A stretch of 64,000 nt of DNA from an uncultured virus (IMG/VR IMGVR_UViG_3300020578_000049) (lineage: Duplodnaviria > Heunggongvirae > Uroviricota > Caudoviricetes): the IMG/VR virus record IMGVR_UViG_3300020578_000049; one strand, written 5' to 3'. Below the pieces are notes generated by a model. The model did not search any database and had not been told where the DNA came from. It worked only from the letters and a program-made list of their open reading frames with translations. Within the stretch, counting starts at the first letter, position 1, and each line of letters begins with the position of its first letter. Of this stretch, positions 19,617-30,096 are shown piece by piece. A program made the position numbers and the translations under genes.

Positions 19617-20168
19617 TTATTGTCCTTTTACAAGATTAACACACTGTTTAAGATACTCTTTAGCTCTTGGTGATGGTGTGTATTCATCATCTTTTGTTTG
19701 TAGGTTTAAAATACGTTCAATATCCTTAACAAGTTCTGTACCGTGTTCATTTTCTTTATATAGTTCAATGATTTTATCCATAGCCTTATGACACTCACCA
19801 GTTGTTTCATCGTGATAGTTTTTATTTCTAAAACGATTTAGATTATTCATCATATCATAAGCTAAATGAGCACCACCATCTTTAACGTCTTTAAATAGTC
19901 TTATGTTATTTAAGATTCCTAGAGTATCGACCATTGAATTCACACCCATTCTTCTTTTATTAACACCAGGGGCATATTTAACGTATTCATCGGCTTGACC
20001 AACAATTTCGTCAAGAAGAATCATATTTTCTGGAACACATCTAGGTTTAGGTGGTTCTTTCTTTTTATTTTCTCTTTGTTCACCACCCATCGGAACATCG
20101 CCATTTTCTTTAATTACCTTTTCAATTAAAGCAACAAGCTCACTTTCTGTTAATTTTATTTTTTTCAT
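19617..20168 (-). CDS. Hypothetical protein with MKKIKLTE leader
   Basis: MKKIKLTESELVALIEKVIKE; TATTTAT on minus strand. Confidence 0.75.
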   Translation of the reverse strand: MKKIKLTESELVALIEKVIKENGDVPMGGEQRENKKKEPPKPRCVPENMILLDEIVGQADEYVKYAPGVNKRRMGVNSMVDTLGILNNIRLFKDVKDGGAHLAYDMMNNLNRFRNKNYHDETTGECHKAMDKIIELYKENEHGTELVKDIERILNLQTKDDEYTPSPRAKEYLKQCVNLVKGQ

Positions 20169-20246
20169 ATGATGATTTTAAAATAAATATGTTTTATTTA
20201 ATCAATTTTAATGTATTTATATTAATAAATATCTAAATAGTTGATT

Positions 20247-20855
20247 ATGTTAGACAATATAATAAAAAGAGTTATAAATGAAGAAATAAACCACCCAATG
20301 ATTCTTACAGAATCGGTAAGAATTTCAGAAAATCTGAAATACCACTTGGATAATCAAATACCATTATCTGAAACTGTTTTTAGGATTTTTTCACCCGCAT
20401 ATTTTGAATTAATTAATGAAGTGAGAAAACTTTATAATAATGGTTTAATGGATATTAACGAAGAAGATTTGTGGTTAGTTGAAAGTAACTTAGGTGAAAG
20501 TGTTACATTAGATAATGGAAAAAAAGTTTGGTTAGATGTTCCATTTGAAGTAAAGGAATCAATTAATGAGGCCGAACATAGAGGTAAAAAAGTAAAGCTT
20601 GGAAGTCCTTTTAGAACACCAGGTGGGCCAAAGAAATTTGCGGTATATGTTAAAACTCCAGGTGGCGGTGTGAAAAAAGTAACATTTGGAGATCCGAATT
20701 TAAGAATTAAAAACGCAAATAAAGGAAGAGCAAAATCATTTAGAGCAAGACACAATTGTGACCAGAAAAAAGATAGAACCACAGCTGGGTATTGGTCTTG
20801 TAATGTTGGTAGATATGCCAAAAAATTAGGTCTTAAATCATCCAGAAATTGGTAA
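20247..20855 (+). CDS. Leader-bearing protein with basic C-terminal phage domain
   Basis: NIIKRVINEE; internal SINEAE then KVKLGSPFRTPGGPKKFAVYV...SFRARHNC...YWSC. Confidence 0.75.
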   Translation: MLDNIIKRVINEEINHPMILTESVRISENLKYHLDNQIPLSETVFRIFSPAYFELINEVRKLYNNGLMDINEEDLWLVESNLGESVTLDNGKKVWLDVPFEVKESINEAEHRGKKVKLGSPFRTPGGPKKFAVYVKTPGGGVKKVTFGDPNLRIKNANKGRAKSFRARHNCDQKKDRTTAGYWSCNVGRYAKKLGLKSSRNW

Positions 20856-20861
20856 TATTTT

Positions 20862-22094
20862 ATGGGACCATACGAAAGATTTATTAACCCAAGATATGTA
20901 AAAATATTCAATCATTTCTTAAAAGAAGTATGTGAAGCGGCTATTGAAAACAAATATCACACGAAGGTAAAGCTTAAATTATATGGTATTGGTGTAAGAC
21001 CAAAAAGTTCTGTTTATGAAGAAATACCAAAAGAAGAATTATTAGATTCACAGACAAAAGTTGATTTTTTTATTGATTCTGAACCTAGTAGATTTAGTAG
21101 ATTTAATGTTGTTGAAGATTTAATACTTCTTGAAGGTAAATCTTTCCTACAATTACAAAATGCCGACTATATGGGTTATATACCAGAATATTTTCGTATT
21201 AGAATACATTTCAATAACAGACCATTATTTCCTTTAGATTATGTTAGTGAAGATAGTTTAAATGAAGAAGTTGAGCCTTCTGAAAGGGCAGTTAAAAACA
21301 TTTGTGATGCAAAAAAATTCTGTGAAGCACAAGGAAAAATTACATTTGGACAATTAAAAGAAATTGTAACAAACGCAAAAGCAAAAAGACTATATCAACA
21401 TATTGGTGAAGGTGGCTTTAAAGCAACACTGAGATTACTTCCTTGGTTTTTTCCACAATTAGCAATTGCTGGTTTTACTGGATCAATACTAAGAGCTTTT
21501 AATAAAATATTCAGACCTGGGATTGAAGAAACAACTGGATATAAAACTTGGTGGGGTAAAACTATAATGAAATTGTTTGACTTGGTTGAAGGGGAATTGG
21601 GAATAGGTGACCCGTTATCAAAAATATTTTTTATTTCAGATGGATTAATGACAATGCTTGACGATAAATTAAAAGTTAAGTTTGCCAGACATATTGCTGA
21701 AATTGCTAGTGAAAAACCAGACGATGAAGAAGTTCCAGAATACTTTGTTGAAAATGAATTAAGGAAATATCTAAATGAAAAGTTTTTATTAGACCCACCA
21801 TTAAGTCCAAAAGAAATTAAAAAGAATGACGACTTACCTTTCAAAGAAGTTAAAGAAAATGGAATTAAAACAAGACTTTTCAAAGAAAATGTAAGTAATG
21901 GGGAATTAAAATGGCACTTTGATAAACAAGATAGAAAAGTTAAAGTTGTTAAATCAAATAACTGGATGTTACAGATGGATAATGATATCCCAAAACCATT
22001 AAAGGAAGGACAAACAATATTTATTCCAAAAGGTGTTTATCATAGAGTGATAAAAGGTCAAGGTGATTTAATTGTAAAAATAAAAGAATTGTAA
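20862..22094 (+). CDS. Multidomain protein with C-terminal cupin
   Basis: Internal SLNEE; ELKWHFDKQDR...IPKGVYHRVIKG cupin motifs. Confidence 0.7.
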   Translation: MGPYERFINPRYVKIFNHFLKEVCEAAIENKYHTKVKLKLYGIGVRPKSSVYEEIPKEELLDSQTKVDFFIDSEPSRFSRFNVVEDLILLEGKSFLQLQNADYMGYIPEYFRIRIHFNNRPLFPLDYVSEDSLNEEVEPSERAVKNICDAKKFCEAQGKITFGQLKEIVTNAKAKRLYQHIGEGGFKATLRLLPWFFPQLAIAGFTGSILRAFNKIFRPGIEETTGYKTWWGKTIMKLFDLVEGELGIGDPLSKIFFISDGLMTMLDDKLKVKFARHIAEIASEKPDDEEVPEYFVENELRKYLNEKFLLDPPLSPKEIKKNDDLPFKEVKENGIKTRLFKENVSNGELKWHFDKQDRKVKVVKSNNWMLQMDNDIPKPLKEGQTIFIPKGVYHRVIKGQGDLIVKIKEL

Positions 22095-22963
22095 TGTATA
22101 GAAAAAGATTTATAATAACTGAAAGTGAAAAAAAACATATAAAAAATTTATATGGTTTGTTAGTTGAACAAAGGGGTAATGTAACTGGTTGTACTTTTAG
22201 TGATGTGTATAAAAACACGTTAAGTGATTATAATGAAATTATGACTAAATATGGTAATGACTTTAATAAAATTTCTGATATTTTAACAACTAAAGCAAAA
22301 GAAATAATACAGAATGTAAAAAATAAAAATCAAAATGAAAATATTGAATTTGAGTCTGCCTGTCAAGTAGCTTTAAACACTATAAGAACAAATTATCAAA
22401 ATAAACCTTGGTTAATAATAGATCAGGTTAAAAATACAGTTTATTTTTTTACTAATGGTGGGACATATTTAACTGGGACTTTAGCAATTATGGGAAAAGA
22501 TAAACCAACTGATGAATTTAAAGCTTGGTCTTTAATGGATGATGATGAAAGAAACAATTCTGGTTTTGACCCAATATCTAGAATTGGCGGTAGATTTGCA
22601 CCAACTGGTGTGTTTAATGCTGGACCAGGACAAACTTATACACAATATACAGGTGCCGGAACAAAAGAAACCCCAAAAAATAATCTTTGGTCTTTTTTTG
22701 ATGAGTCTGGTAAAGAATTGGTAACAGCAATACACGGTGTTAAAAATACCACAGAAAGAAATGAAGCGTTTAAATGTGTAAATGGTACAAAACTAACTAA
22801 AGAAACAAATTTAGATTTATCTAGTGGTTGTATAAATTTACCAACAAGTTTTTTGGATAAATTAACCAATTTAAATATCGATATATCTAAGTATAAAATT
22901 TTTAGCTTAGGTGATGAAAACTATTTAGTTAAAAATTCATCAAACATTGATAACATCACTTAA
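22094..22963 (+). CDS. L,D-transpeptidase (YkuD-like) with leader
   Basis: AIHGV...SSGCINL; leader RFIITESEKKHIKNLYGLLVE. Confidence 0.75.
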   Translation: MYRKRFIITESEKKHIKNLYGLLVEQRGNVTGCTFSDVYKNTLSDYNEIMTKYGNDFNKISDILTTKAKEIIQNVKNKNQNENIEFESACQVALNTIRTNYQNKPWLIIDQVKNTVYFFTNGGTYLTGTLAIMGKDKPTDEFKAWSLMDDDERNNSGFDPISRIGGRFAPTGVFNAGPGQTYTQYTGAGTKETPKNNLWSFFDESGKELVTAIHGVKNTTERNEAFKCVNGTKLTKETNLDLSSGCINLPTSFLDKLTNLNIDISKYKIFSLGDENYLVKNSSNIDNIT

Positions 22964-23918
22964 CAACATATTTCACAGTATTTAAACAGCCTATTGTATT
23001 TGGATTCCCGCCAGCATAAGAAATCGCACTTTGTAATGATTCTTCAATATCCTTTAACTTATCAAAAATAGAAACTTCTTTATATGGTACAAGTTTTCTA
23101 ATCCCTTCTATTCTATTTGTTTTTCCAGATTGTGAAGATGATGCACTACCCCAAAATTCTTTGTACCAATGACCATCTAATTCATTTTTAATTTTTTCAC
23201 CTGGAGATTCGTTAAATCCGGCCAACATACCACCAATCATAACCATTGATGCTCCCAATACAAGACTTTTTACAATATCACAATGTTCTTTTATTGAACC
23301 GTCAGCAACAATTGGTTTTTTTGCAACTTTAACACATTTTTTAATCATAGATGCTTGCCAACCACGGTTACCAAATCCGGTTGAATGGTACGTTGTACAA
23401 GCTGATCCTCCACCAATACCGCATTTTACCGCGTCACAACCCCAAGACTCCAAATCCGTTACAGCTTCTGGTGTACAAACATTACCACCAATTAAAAATA
23501 CATTCGACATTTTATTTTTAATGTATTTAACCATTTTTTTCATTTTAATTGAATAACCGTGTGCAATATCAACTGTAATAAAATGCGGTATTAAATTTTT
23601 TGATACAAGTTTGTCAATTAAGTAATAAGAATCTTCATTTACACCAACAGAAATTGATGCAATTAAATTATGGTCTTTCATTTCTTTAACAAAAGAAAAT
23701 TCATCAATATTAAATCTATGTAATATATAGAAATAACCTTTTTTTGATAGTTCTTTAGCTAAATTAATATCAATTATACTTTCCATATTAGCAGGTACAA
23801 TCGGAAGTTTAAATCTATGACCACCAAACATACAAGTTGTATCACAATCACTTCTACTTTCAATACTACTAAAATTTGGTAGCAGAGTCATATTATCAAA
23901 ATCAAATACTTTTTTCAT
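22956..23918 (-). CDS. guaC: GMP reductase
   Basis: PIVPANM; ITVDIAHG; GIGGGSACTT; ADGSI; FWGSAS; LQSAISYAGG. Confidence 0.9.
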   Translation of the reverse strand: MKKVFDFDNMTLLPNFSSIESRSDCDTTCMFGGHRFKLPIVPANMESIIDINLAKELSKKGYFYILHRFNIDEFSFVKEMKDHNLIASISVGVNEDSYYLIDKLVSKNLIPHFITVDIAHGYSIKMKKMVKYIKNKMSNVFLIGGNVCTPEAVTDLESWGCDAVKCGIGGGSACTTYHSTGFGNRGWQASMIKKCVKVAKKPIVADGSIKEHCDIVKSLVLGASMVMIGGMLAGFNESPGEKIKNELDGHWYKEFWGSASSSQSGKTNRIEGIRKLVPYKEVSIFDKLKDIEESLQSAISYAGGNPNTIGCLNTVKYVVK

Positions 23919-24324
23919 TTTCATTATTTTCTTCAATTAAATTTGTAATTCTATTTTTACCCTTTTCACCAATTGGAATTGGGTTTCCTTCTTCATCGAT
24001 TCTAACAAATCTAATATTTGTTTTAAGAACAACAGCTTGATTACCAGTATAAACATTGTGTGCTCTTGCTTCCATATATAATGTTAAAGAACTATTACCA
24101 AGTTTTGCTGGTTTACCATAAATTTTTATTAACTGACCTTCTTTTGCTGGTTTTTCAAAATTACATTTATCTATTGACACCGTAACAATTCTTGGTGTGT
24201 CACATAATTGCATTGCATATCCTGCAGCCGAAGCATCAATCCAAGCAAGAAGTTTACCACCAAACAAATTTCCGTGGAAACCTAAGTCAGATTTTTTTAT
24301 TGGGTGTGAATTTAATAACTCCAT
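23902..24324 (-). CDS. Hotdog-fold acyl-CoA thioesterase
   Basis: DLGFHGNLFGGKLLAWID; VTVSID; FVRIDEEGNP. Confidence 0.88.
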   Translation of the reverse strand: MELLNSHPIKKSDLGFHGNLFGGKLLAWIDASAAGYAMQLCDTPRIVTVSIDKCNFEKPAKEGQLIKIYGKPAKLGNSSLTLYMEARAHNVYTGNQAVVLKTNIRFVRIDEEGNPIPIGEKGKNRITNLIEENNENEKSI

Positions 24325-24391
24325 TTCTTTATTTTATTTTTTAAAAAAATAGATATATTTTAATTTATAGTCAAATAAAGTATTTATTATT

Positions 24392-24988
24392 ATGAAGTTC
24401 AGAAATTTAATTTTGGAAGATGGTAGAAGAAGGGATGTTATTCGAGTTGTTGTCAAAGATATTATAAAATTATTTAAAGAAGAAGATGAAGGTGAATTTC
24501 ATTTACCAAATTATTATGATGAAGAAAATGATTACTATGAATTTCCAAATTTAGGAGAAGTTTTTCTTATTGAAGTTATTTTACAACAAAATGAAGACCT
24601 AGAAAGTTTCAAGGTTAATGCCGATTACTACCATAATGATGATATAATTGAAGTTACAATTGAATATAACCCAAATAATAAGACAAGAATAACTTATGAT
24701 TTGGTTGGTGAACTAAATGAAGTTATTGCACACGAAATTAGACATATTGAACAAAAAGTTAAGGGAACGTTTGATTTAGGTGGGGATGATGTTGAAGATC
24801 CTTATGAATATTATACACAACCACACGAACTTGACGCTCAAGTTTTTGGTTTTAAAAGATTATCAAAAATAACAAAAACACCAATGGATGTTGTTGTTAA
24901 AAGATGGTTTAAAACACATAAAGATGTTCATAGGTTAACCGATGAACAAGCAACAGATGTTATAAGTAAAATATTAAATTATAAGTAA
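24392..24988 (+). CDS. HExxH zinc metallopeptidase-like protein
   Basis: IAHEIRHIEQ; YYTQPHELDA; short LILE leader. Confidence 0.7.
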   Translation: MKFRNLILEDGRRRDVIRVVVKDIIKLFKEEDEGEFHLPNYYDEENDYYEFPNLGEVFLIEVILQQNEDLESFKVNADYYHNDDIIEVTIEYNPNNKTRITYDLVGELNEVIAHEIRHIEQKVKGTFDLGGDDVEDPYEYYTQPHELDAQVFGFKRLSKITKTPMDVVVKRWFKTHKDVHRLTDEQATDVISKILNYK

Positions 24989-24993
24989 TTGTT

Positions 24994-25404
24994 ATGAAGG
25001 TACCACAAGAATATACAGCTAAAGTTGAAAAAATAAAAAATGTTATTTTATCAAGGTCTGGTTTAATATCGGAATATGGTCTTAACAATATTAAAATGGA
25101 AGTTGACGAATTTGATACTTTTGCTGATAATACTGTTTCTGAAATTGTATTTAGTCTTAGATTGAGTAATGTTGAATGTGATGAATGTGATCATCAACCG
25201 GAGTTAATTAGTGAAACAATTATAAACTTAAAATATAAAATAGAAAGTGCTGCCAATTTTTATATTTCACCAACATTAGAATTAAAAAGTAGTGGAGATT
25301 CTCTTAGAGGTGTACTATTTTATGATTGTAAAATTTGGAGAAGTGAATTTGAATATCTTACATTTGGAATTTTCTATGATGTTGGTGAAGACTTTAAGAT
25401 TTAA
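24994..25404 (+). CDS. Hypothetical protein
   Basis: ORF only. Confidence 0.6.
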   Translation: MKVPQEYTAKVEKIKNVILSRSGLISEYGLNNIKMEVDEFDTFADNTVSEIVFSLRLSNVECDECDHQPELISETIINLKYKIESAANFYISPTLELKSSGDSLRGVLFYDCKIWRSEFEYLTFGIFYDVGEDFKI

Positions 25405-26011
25405 ATCTTTTTACAATTTCTAACATTAATCTTTTTGCAAAATTACCACCAAAACTAACAACTAAAAAAGCAAGACTTCGACCAACAATTTCTTTTGTAT
25501 CAACAGAACTTCCAGTTTGTGCAACTTCATATAACTCTGGTAATATTGGTATTAAAAAAGTATATGCAAGCATATTTGATATTTTAGCCGTAGGTACTGC
25601 CAAACTTTCAATAAAAGATAAAAAAACACTTTTTAATTTACCTGCAACATCCAAAGCACTATCAAATTCAAAAACCAATTCTTTTTCTTTTATTTTTTCT
25701 AATACTTTTCCTAACATTTCTTTATTTGAATGATAGTACGTTAATATTATTCCAGTTGAAATTAATGCTAATTCAGTTGATGATATTTCAGGAAATTTAC
25801 CTTCAATAAAATCTGATACTGGCATAACAAAACCAGCAATTGTTGCACCCCAAGTTGTTAAAAAATTTAAGTCAAGACCGATTTGGTTTTTTGTTTCTTT
25901 AACGACTTTTTTGAAAAAAGATTCTAACTCTTTTAATTTATCCACTATGTTTATTTGTCTTTCCTCAAGTAAAATTTTTTTATATTGAGACTCTGATATT
26001 ATTATCTTCAT
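25394..26011 (-). CDS. Membrane-associated protein with leader
   Basis: MKIIISESQYKKILLEE; hydrophobic helices. Confidence 0.7.
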   Translation of the reverse strand: MKIIISESQYKKILLEERQINIVDKLKELESFFKKVVKETKNQIGLDLNFLTTWGATIAGFVMPVSDFIEGKFPEISSTELALISTGIILTYYHSNKEMLGKVLEKIKEKELVFEFDSALDVAGKLKSVFLSFIESLAVPTAKISNMLAYTFLIPILPELYEVAQTGSSVDTKEIVGRSLAFLVVSFGGNFAKRLMLEIVKRFKS

Positions 26012-26044
26012 AACAAATAAATATTTCGCTATATTTATATTTGT

Positions 26045-26359
26045 ATGGCAAGTAGAATTAAATATTTAAAAAATGCACCACTTGAAGTCGGAGATGAAGT
26101 TGTGTGTGTGATAATGGATGATAATTTTTCACCCGTTAAGTCTGGAACTCCAGGAGTTGTTAAGTCTGTGAGTAATGTACAAGGAAGTAATGTATATTAT
26201 GTAAATTGGGCTAGTGGGTCCAAACTTGCATTACTTCAAGGTGTTGATCAATGGAGAAAAGTTGTTAGTGAAGACGATGAAGAAGAAGACAGACAATTAA
26301 GTGAAGGTTTTATGTTTTTTACCACAAAAAGAGCATTAATAAAAGAAATAAAAAAATAA
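26045..26359 (+). CDS. SH3-like small beta-barrel protein
   Basis: VGDEV...MDD..SPVKSGTPGVV...VNWASGSKLAL. Confidence 0.6.
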   Translation: MASRIKYLKNAPLEVGDEVVCVIMDDNFSPVKSGTPGVVKSVSNVQGSNVYYVNWASGSKLALLQGVDQWRKVVSEDDEEEDRQLSEGFMFFTTKRALIKEIKK

Positions 26360-26362
26360 ATT

Positions 26363-26989
26363 ATGGCACAATACTTTTTCAAAATGTCACAAGCTGAAAA
26401 AAATGACATTTTAGATAAACATAAAACAATTTATGATGGTTATGTAACACAATATGGTCAACAACCAAATATACAACCATTATATGTACAAGACTTTGCA
26501 AACGATAAAGGTGGTCTTACCGTATCAAATAAAGGTGTAGTAAAACCATACACAAATATGAATATCAATGAAGATATTGATAGAAGAGATAGAATTGGTG
26601 ATGGTCCACACGATTTACAAAATGGTACAGTTGATTTAAGAGGTGTTCCAGATATGTCAGATGTTGATAGAGAATATTTTCACAATTTATACCCATCTCC
26701 AAATGAAGATGAAACAGAATATGTTTCACTTGGAATGAAAAATGATGATGAAGAATGTACACATTGTGATGGAAATTCATTAGATATTGTTATTGATTTT
26801 GATGAATTGGGTGAAGACTTTGAATACGATATTGATAGGGATTTTTCTGAAGATTTAGCCGGGCCAATGAATTATGAAGTTACCGGAGATAGTTTTAGAG
26901 ATGAAGTTGATTATGAAGAAATTCCTAACTTTATGGAAAAACTAAACGAATCACTTGATATGTTTAGAAGATTTAAAAAATATAATTAA
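26363..26989 (+). CDS. Acidic hypothetical protein
   Basis: EKNDILDKH N terminus; C-terminal LNESLDMFRRF. Confidence 0.7.
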   Translation: MAQYFFKMSQAEKNDILDKHKTIYDGYVTQYGQQPNIQPLYVQDFANDKGGLTVSNKGVVKPYTNMNINEDIDRRDRIGDGPHDLQNGTVDLRGVPDMSDVDREYFHNLYPSPNEDETEYVSLGMKNDDEECTHCDGNSLDIVIDFDELGEDFEYDIDRDFSEDLAGPMNYEVTGDSFRDEVDYEEIPNFMEKLNESLDMFRRFKKYN

Positions 26990-26990
26990 A

Positions 26991-27293
26991 ATGGAAATAC
27001 AAGAAATTGTTTCTTACTACTTATACGAAGACACAAAAAGAGTTGAAGTTTCTTTTAGACTTACAACCGATTCTGAAGATGAAATAAGAAATGATGTTAT
27101 TAACTTGGATGATTCAAAAGAGTTTGGATATAATCTAATCCAGGAAAGTACAGATTTTTTTAATTTTGATGATGATGAATTGGATGAAGATGATTCAGAT
27201 TTTCAAACAATAGATGAAGATTTATTACTTTCTTTTTTAAATGAATATTACATTGTACATTCGGACAAATTACCTAAAGTTGAAATAATATAA
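26991..27293 (+). CDS. Acidic hypothetical protein
   Basis: ATG 26991 MEIQEIVSY. Confidence 0.7.
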   Translation: MEIQEIVSYYLYEDTKRVEVSFRLTTDSEDEIRNDVINLDDSKEFGYNLIQESTDFFNFDDDELDEDDSDFQTIDEDLLLSFLNEYYIVHSDKLPKVEII

Positions 27294-27309
27294 AAAAGTC
27301 CGTATTTTC

Positions 27310-27813
27310 TTACGGACCTACTCTTGTCAAAAAGAGTGTGATAGATTCATTTGGTCCAGATGAACCGTAAGCCCACTGTCCTGTTGAACGTAATACTAAT
27401 GTTTCAGCACCATCTTCAATAATATTAAAAACCTTTCTTGTTCCTTCAAATTCTATAATTAAGTTACCCAAAGCTGTATTTGTTTCACCAACAACATTAT
27501 AAAAGTAAGCTTTATTCCAAACTGTTGAACCATCTGGTTGTGGACTTGGTGAAAATCTAATTTGTACATAATCCATATGTAATTTAAAAAAACCAACTGG
27601 TATTGAATCAAAAGGTGATACATCGTTTGGATTCACGTATAAATCACCTGGATAGAAAACCATTGATTGTGGTGATGGACTATTATCAGTTTGTTCATAT
27701 GTTATTTTATCAACACGATATTCACCACTTAAAGATAAAAGTTTTGGTTGTGTATATTTAACACAAGAACTTAATGAAATTAAAAGAATAAAAAGTTTAA
27801 AAATGGTTTTCAT
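27310..27813 (-). CDS. Lipoprotein (lipocalin-like)
   Basis: Lipobox LSSC; LSGEYRV; TAATTTTG host-type element upstream. Confidence 0.7.
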   Translation of the reverse strand: MKTIFKLFILLISLSSCVKYTQPKLLSLSGEYRVDKITYEQTDNSPSPQSMVFYPGDLYVNPNDVSPFDSIPVGFFKLHMDYVQIRFSPSPQPDGSTVWNKAYFYNVVGETNTALGNLIIEFEGTRKVFNIIEDGAETLVLRSTGQWAYGSSGPNESITLFLTRVGP

Positions 27814-27885
27814 ATTGTATTATTTATATAACTACAAAATTAATACTTTTTTTTAAATATACAACTATTTATAAAGAAATATTTT

Positions 27886-28131
27886 ATGCAACTTGAAGAA
27901 TTAATTGGTTTAATGGAAAAATATACCTTTAATAATGATTTTGATGGTGAATTAGGCGAACAAGACGCACCTGCCGCTGGAGGTGGTGGTGCAACAGCTG
28001 GAGCTGCATACCCAACTGTCACAAAATGGGAAACCGGTTTAACAAGAAGTGTTGCAAACACAATTGATGATAAAGTTACTTGGTCGTCATTATATAAAAT
28101 TACAAGAGGAAAAGCAAATACATTATTATGA
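27886..28131 (+). CDS. Small hypothetical protein
   Basis: W..GLTR..AN motif duplicated; TATTTAT upstream. Confidence 0.7.
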   Translation: MQLEELIGLMEKYTFNNDFDGELGEQDAPAAGGGGATAGAAYPTVTKWETGLTRSVANTIDDKVTWSSLYKITRGKANTLL

Positions 28132-29147
28132 ATAACAAGAGCCTTTTATTGGAAAGAATTTTATTGAATATGATATATGATTCTAAAAAAACTTTGTCTG
28201 AAAATAAAATCATTCTTAATGAAAGTAAACCAAAAATAATAACATTTTATGGTCCTAAATCCCATAACCCAAATAAAAAAGTTCAATATATAATATATGG
28301 TACAATTATGAGTAATGTGTCTGCAAATTTAGAGAAGTTTGGATATAAACTAAGTAGTTCGAGTTGGGAATATACAGAAGGTTATAAACTTTCGAAATTT
28401 AAAACTGAAAATTCCATAGCAGATTGTTGCCTCGAAAGATACCCATGGTTGGGTCATAAAGATTACAAAAGCTACAGAAAAAAAAAGTGTGAGGAATTCG
28501 GAGGTAGTTTTCACTGGGACGAAGATAGATGTTCAAAAAATATGGGTGAGTGTAAGAAGTGGGATGATGAATGTGAAAAAAATTACCACACAAATTTGGA
28601 AATTTTAGAGAAAGAACGAGCCAGTCATTGTAAAGGAAAAATACAGGATAATCCACTAATAATGAACTTGCCATTTCAAATTGATTTACAAGGTTATCCA
28701 ATAAAATATTACTACGTAGAAGGTTTTATTGAACCTTTCAAAACAGAGAACTACAATGGTACATATCAAATTTATATGGAATTGGAAGGTAATGATTGTA
28801 CATTTGGCGACTTTACTTACTACCCTGTTGTGGATGGAAAGATTTGGAGGGGGCACGTTAGCCTACCCCCTTATGAAATACCACCAAAAAAACCAGAACC
28901 AGTTATAAAAAAGGTGGATAGAGTTGTTGATTCTGGAAAAACATTGGAAGAAAAAAAACAATGGTGTAAATTAAAGGGTAATGTTTGGGATGAAGTACTT
29001 GGTGTGTGTACCAATGCTAAAGTTAGTTTAAAAGCTAAACAATCAAGCGGTTCAAAAAGTAAAAGTGTTGGAATAATCAAAAACAATATTAATAGTGAAT
29101 TTAAAGCAAAAGAAATAACATTTCAGTTAAGTGGAGGAGGATTATAA
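28128..29147 (+). CDS. Cys-rich protein with conserved termini (paralog of 29149)
   Basis: MNNKSLLLExILLNMxYDSKKT start and EITFQLSGGGL end shared with next gene. Confidence 0.75.
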   Translation: MNNKSLLLERILLNMIYDSKKTLSENKIILNESKPKIITFYGPKSHNPNKKVQYIIYGTIMSNVSANLEKFGYKLSSSSWEYTEGYKLSKFKTENSIADCCLERYPWLGHKDYKSYRKKKCEEFGGSFHWDEDRCSKNMGECKKWDDECEKNYHTNLEILEKERASHCKGKIQDNPLIMNLPFQIDLQGYPIKYYYVEGFIEPFKTENYNGTYQIYMELEGNDCTFGDFTYYPVVDGKIWRGHVSLPPYEIPPKKPEPVIKKVDRVVDSGKTLEEKKQWCKLKGNVWDEVLGVCTNAKVSLKAKQSSGSKSKSVGIIKNNINSEFKAKEITFQLSGGGL

Positions 29148-29148
29148 T

Positions 29149-30096
29149 ATGAATAACAAGAGCCTTTTATTAGAAAAAATTTTATTGAATATGAAATATG
29201 ATTCTAAAAAAACTTCGTCTGAAAATAGAAAAATTATTTTGGAACAAGATCGAGACGGTGATGGTGTTCTTGACAAAAATGATTATTGTCCAGATGTTCC
29301 TGGTAAAAAAGAACTTAATGGTTGTCAACCACTTACAAAAACATTTGATATAAAAGGATCACCATTATACTTTTATGGCGAAGTTAAACAAACATTTGGT
29401 GATGCCTTAACAAAGGTTTTTTTAAATGAAAACGACCCCAATGCAACTGTAAAATATTATTATGGTTCCCATAGTAGGACATTAGGTCATATCCTATATG
29501 GCATGTGTCGTGCGTCGTTATCGAAGTACGCAAGGTCAAACGAAAACACATATTTCCAAAATGAAGAAATAACAAATTGTATTTCAGATAGTAAAAAAAA
29601 TTTAAGTTCTTTAAATAAAGCAGCCCCATTTTTAGTTTCACAAGGACCAAAAAATTTATTTTATTTAAGTTTCTATTGCGGTTACTGGGGACCAGAACGA
29701 CAAGGTTGGGGGCGTGATGGGTGGCAAACAATTTATGAAGACGGTTGTAATACAAATAATATTATTGGAGAACGTGGATATATTAACTATTCAACAGATA
29801 AGTGGTTACCTGTTAGAACATATATAAAACAACAACAACCAAAAAAACAAACACCAAAACCAAAAGAAAAAGTATTAAATCTGGATTTGAAGGACTTTGA
29901 AATTATCGGAACAAAGGGGTCTACAAATAAACCAATTGATGCAAAAACAACAGAAAATCAAGTTACAGATTTAGGTGTTGATAACGGTGAAAAAAGTAAC
30001 TTTAATAGGTCTAACATCTTACCAACCCCAAACACTACTGATGCTGAATCTAAATCACAAGAAATAACATTTCAGTTAAGTGGAGGAGGGTTATAA
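29149..30096 (+). CDS. Protein with conserved termini and TSP3-type Ca-binding repeat
   Basis: ILEQ then DRDGDGVLDKNDYCPDVPG..LNGC. Confidence 0.75.
   Translation: MNNKSLLLEKILLNMKYDSKKTSSENRKIILEQDRDGDGVLDKNDYCPDVPGKKELNGCQPLTKTFDIKGSPLYFYGEVKQTFGDALTKVFLNENDPNATVKYYYGSHSRTLGHILYGMCRASLSKYARSNENTYFQNEEITNCISDSKKNLSSLNKAAPFLVSQGPKNLFYLSFYCGYWGPERQGWGRDGWQTIYEDGCNTNNIIGERGYINYSTDKWLPVRTYIKQQQPKKQTPKPKEKVLNLDLKDFEIIGTKGSTNKPIDAKTTENQVTDLGVDNGEKSNFNRSNILPTPNTTDAESKSQEITFQLSGGGL

Noticed and set aside
20432..21883. Minus-strand ORFs of 159 and 162 aa
   Set aside because: Overlap well-supported plus-strand genes; shadow composition
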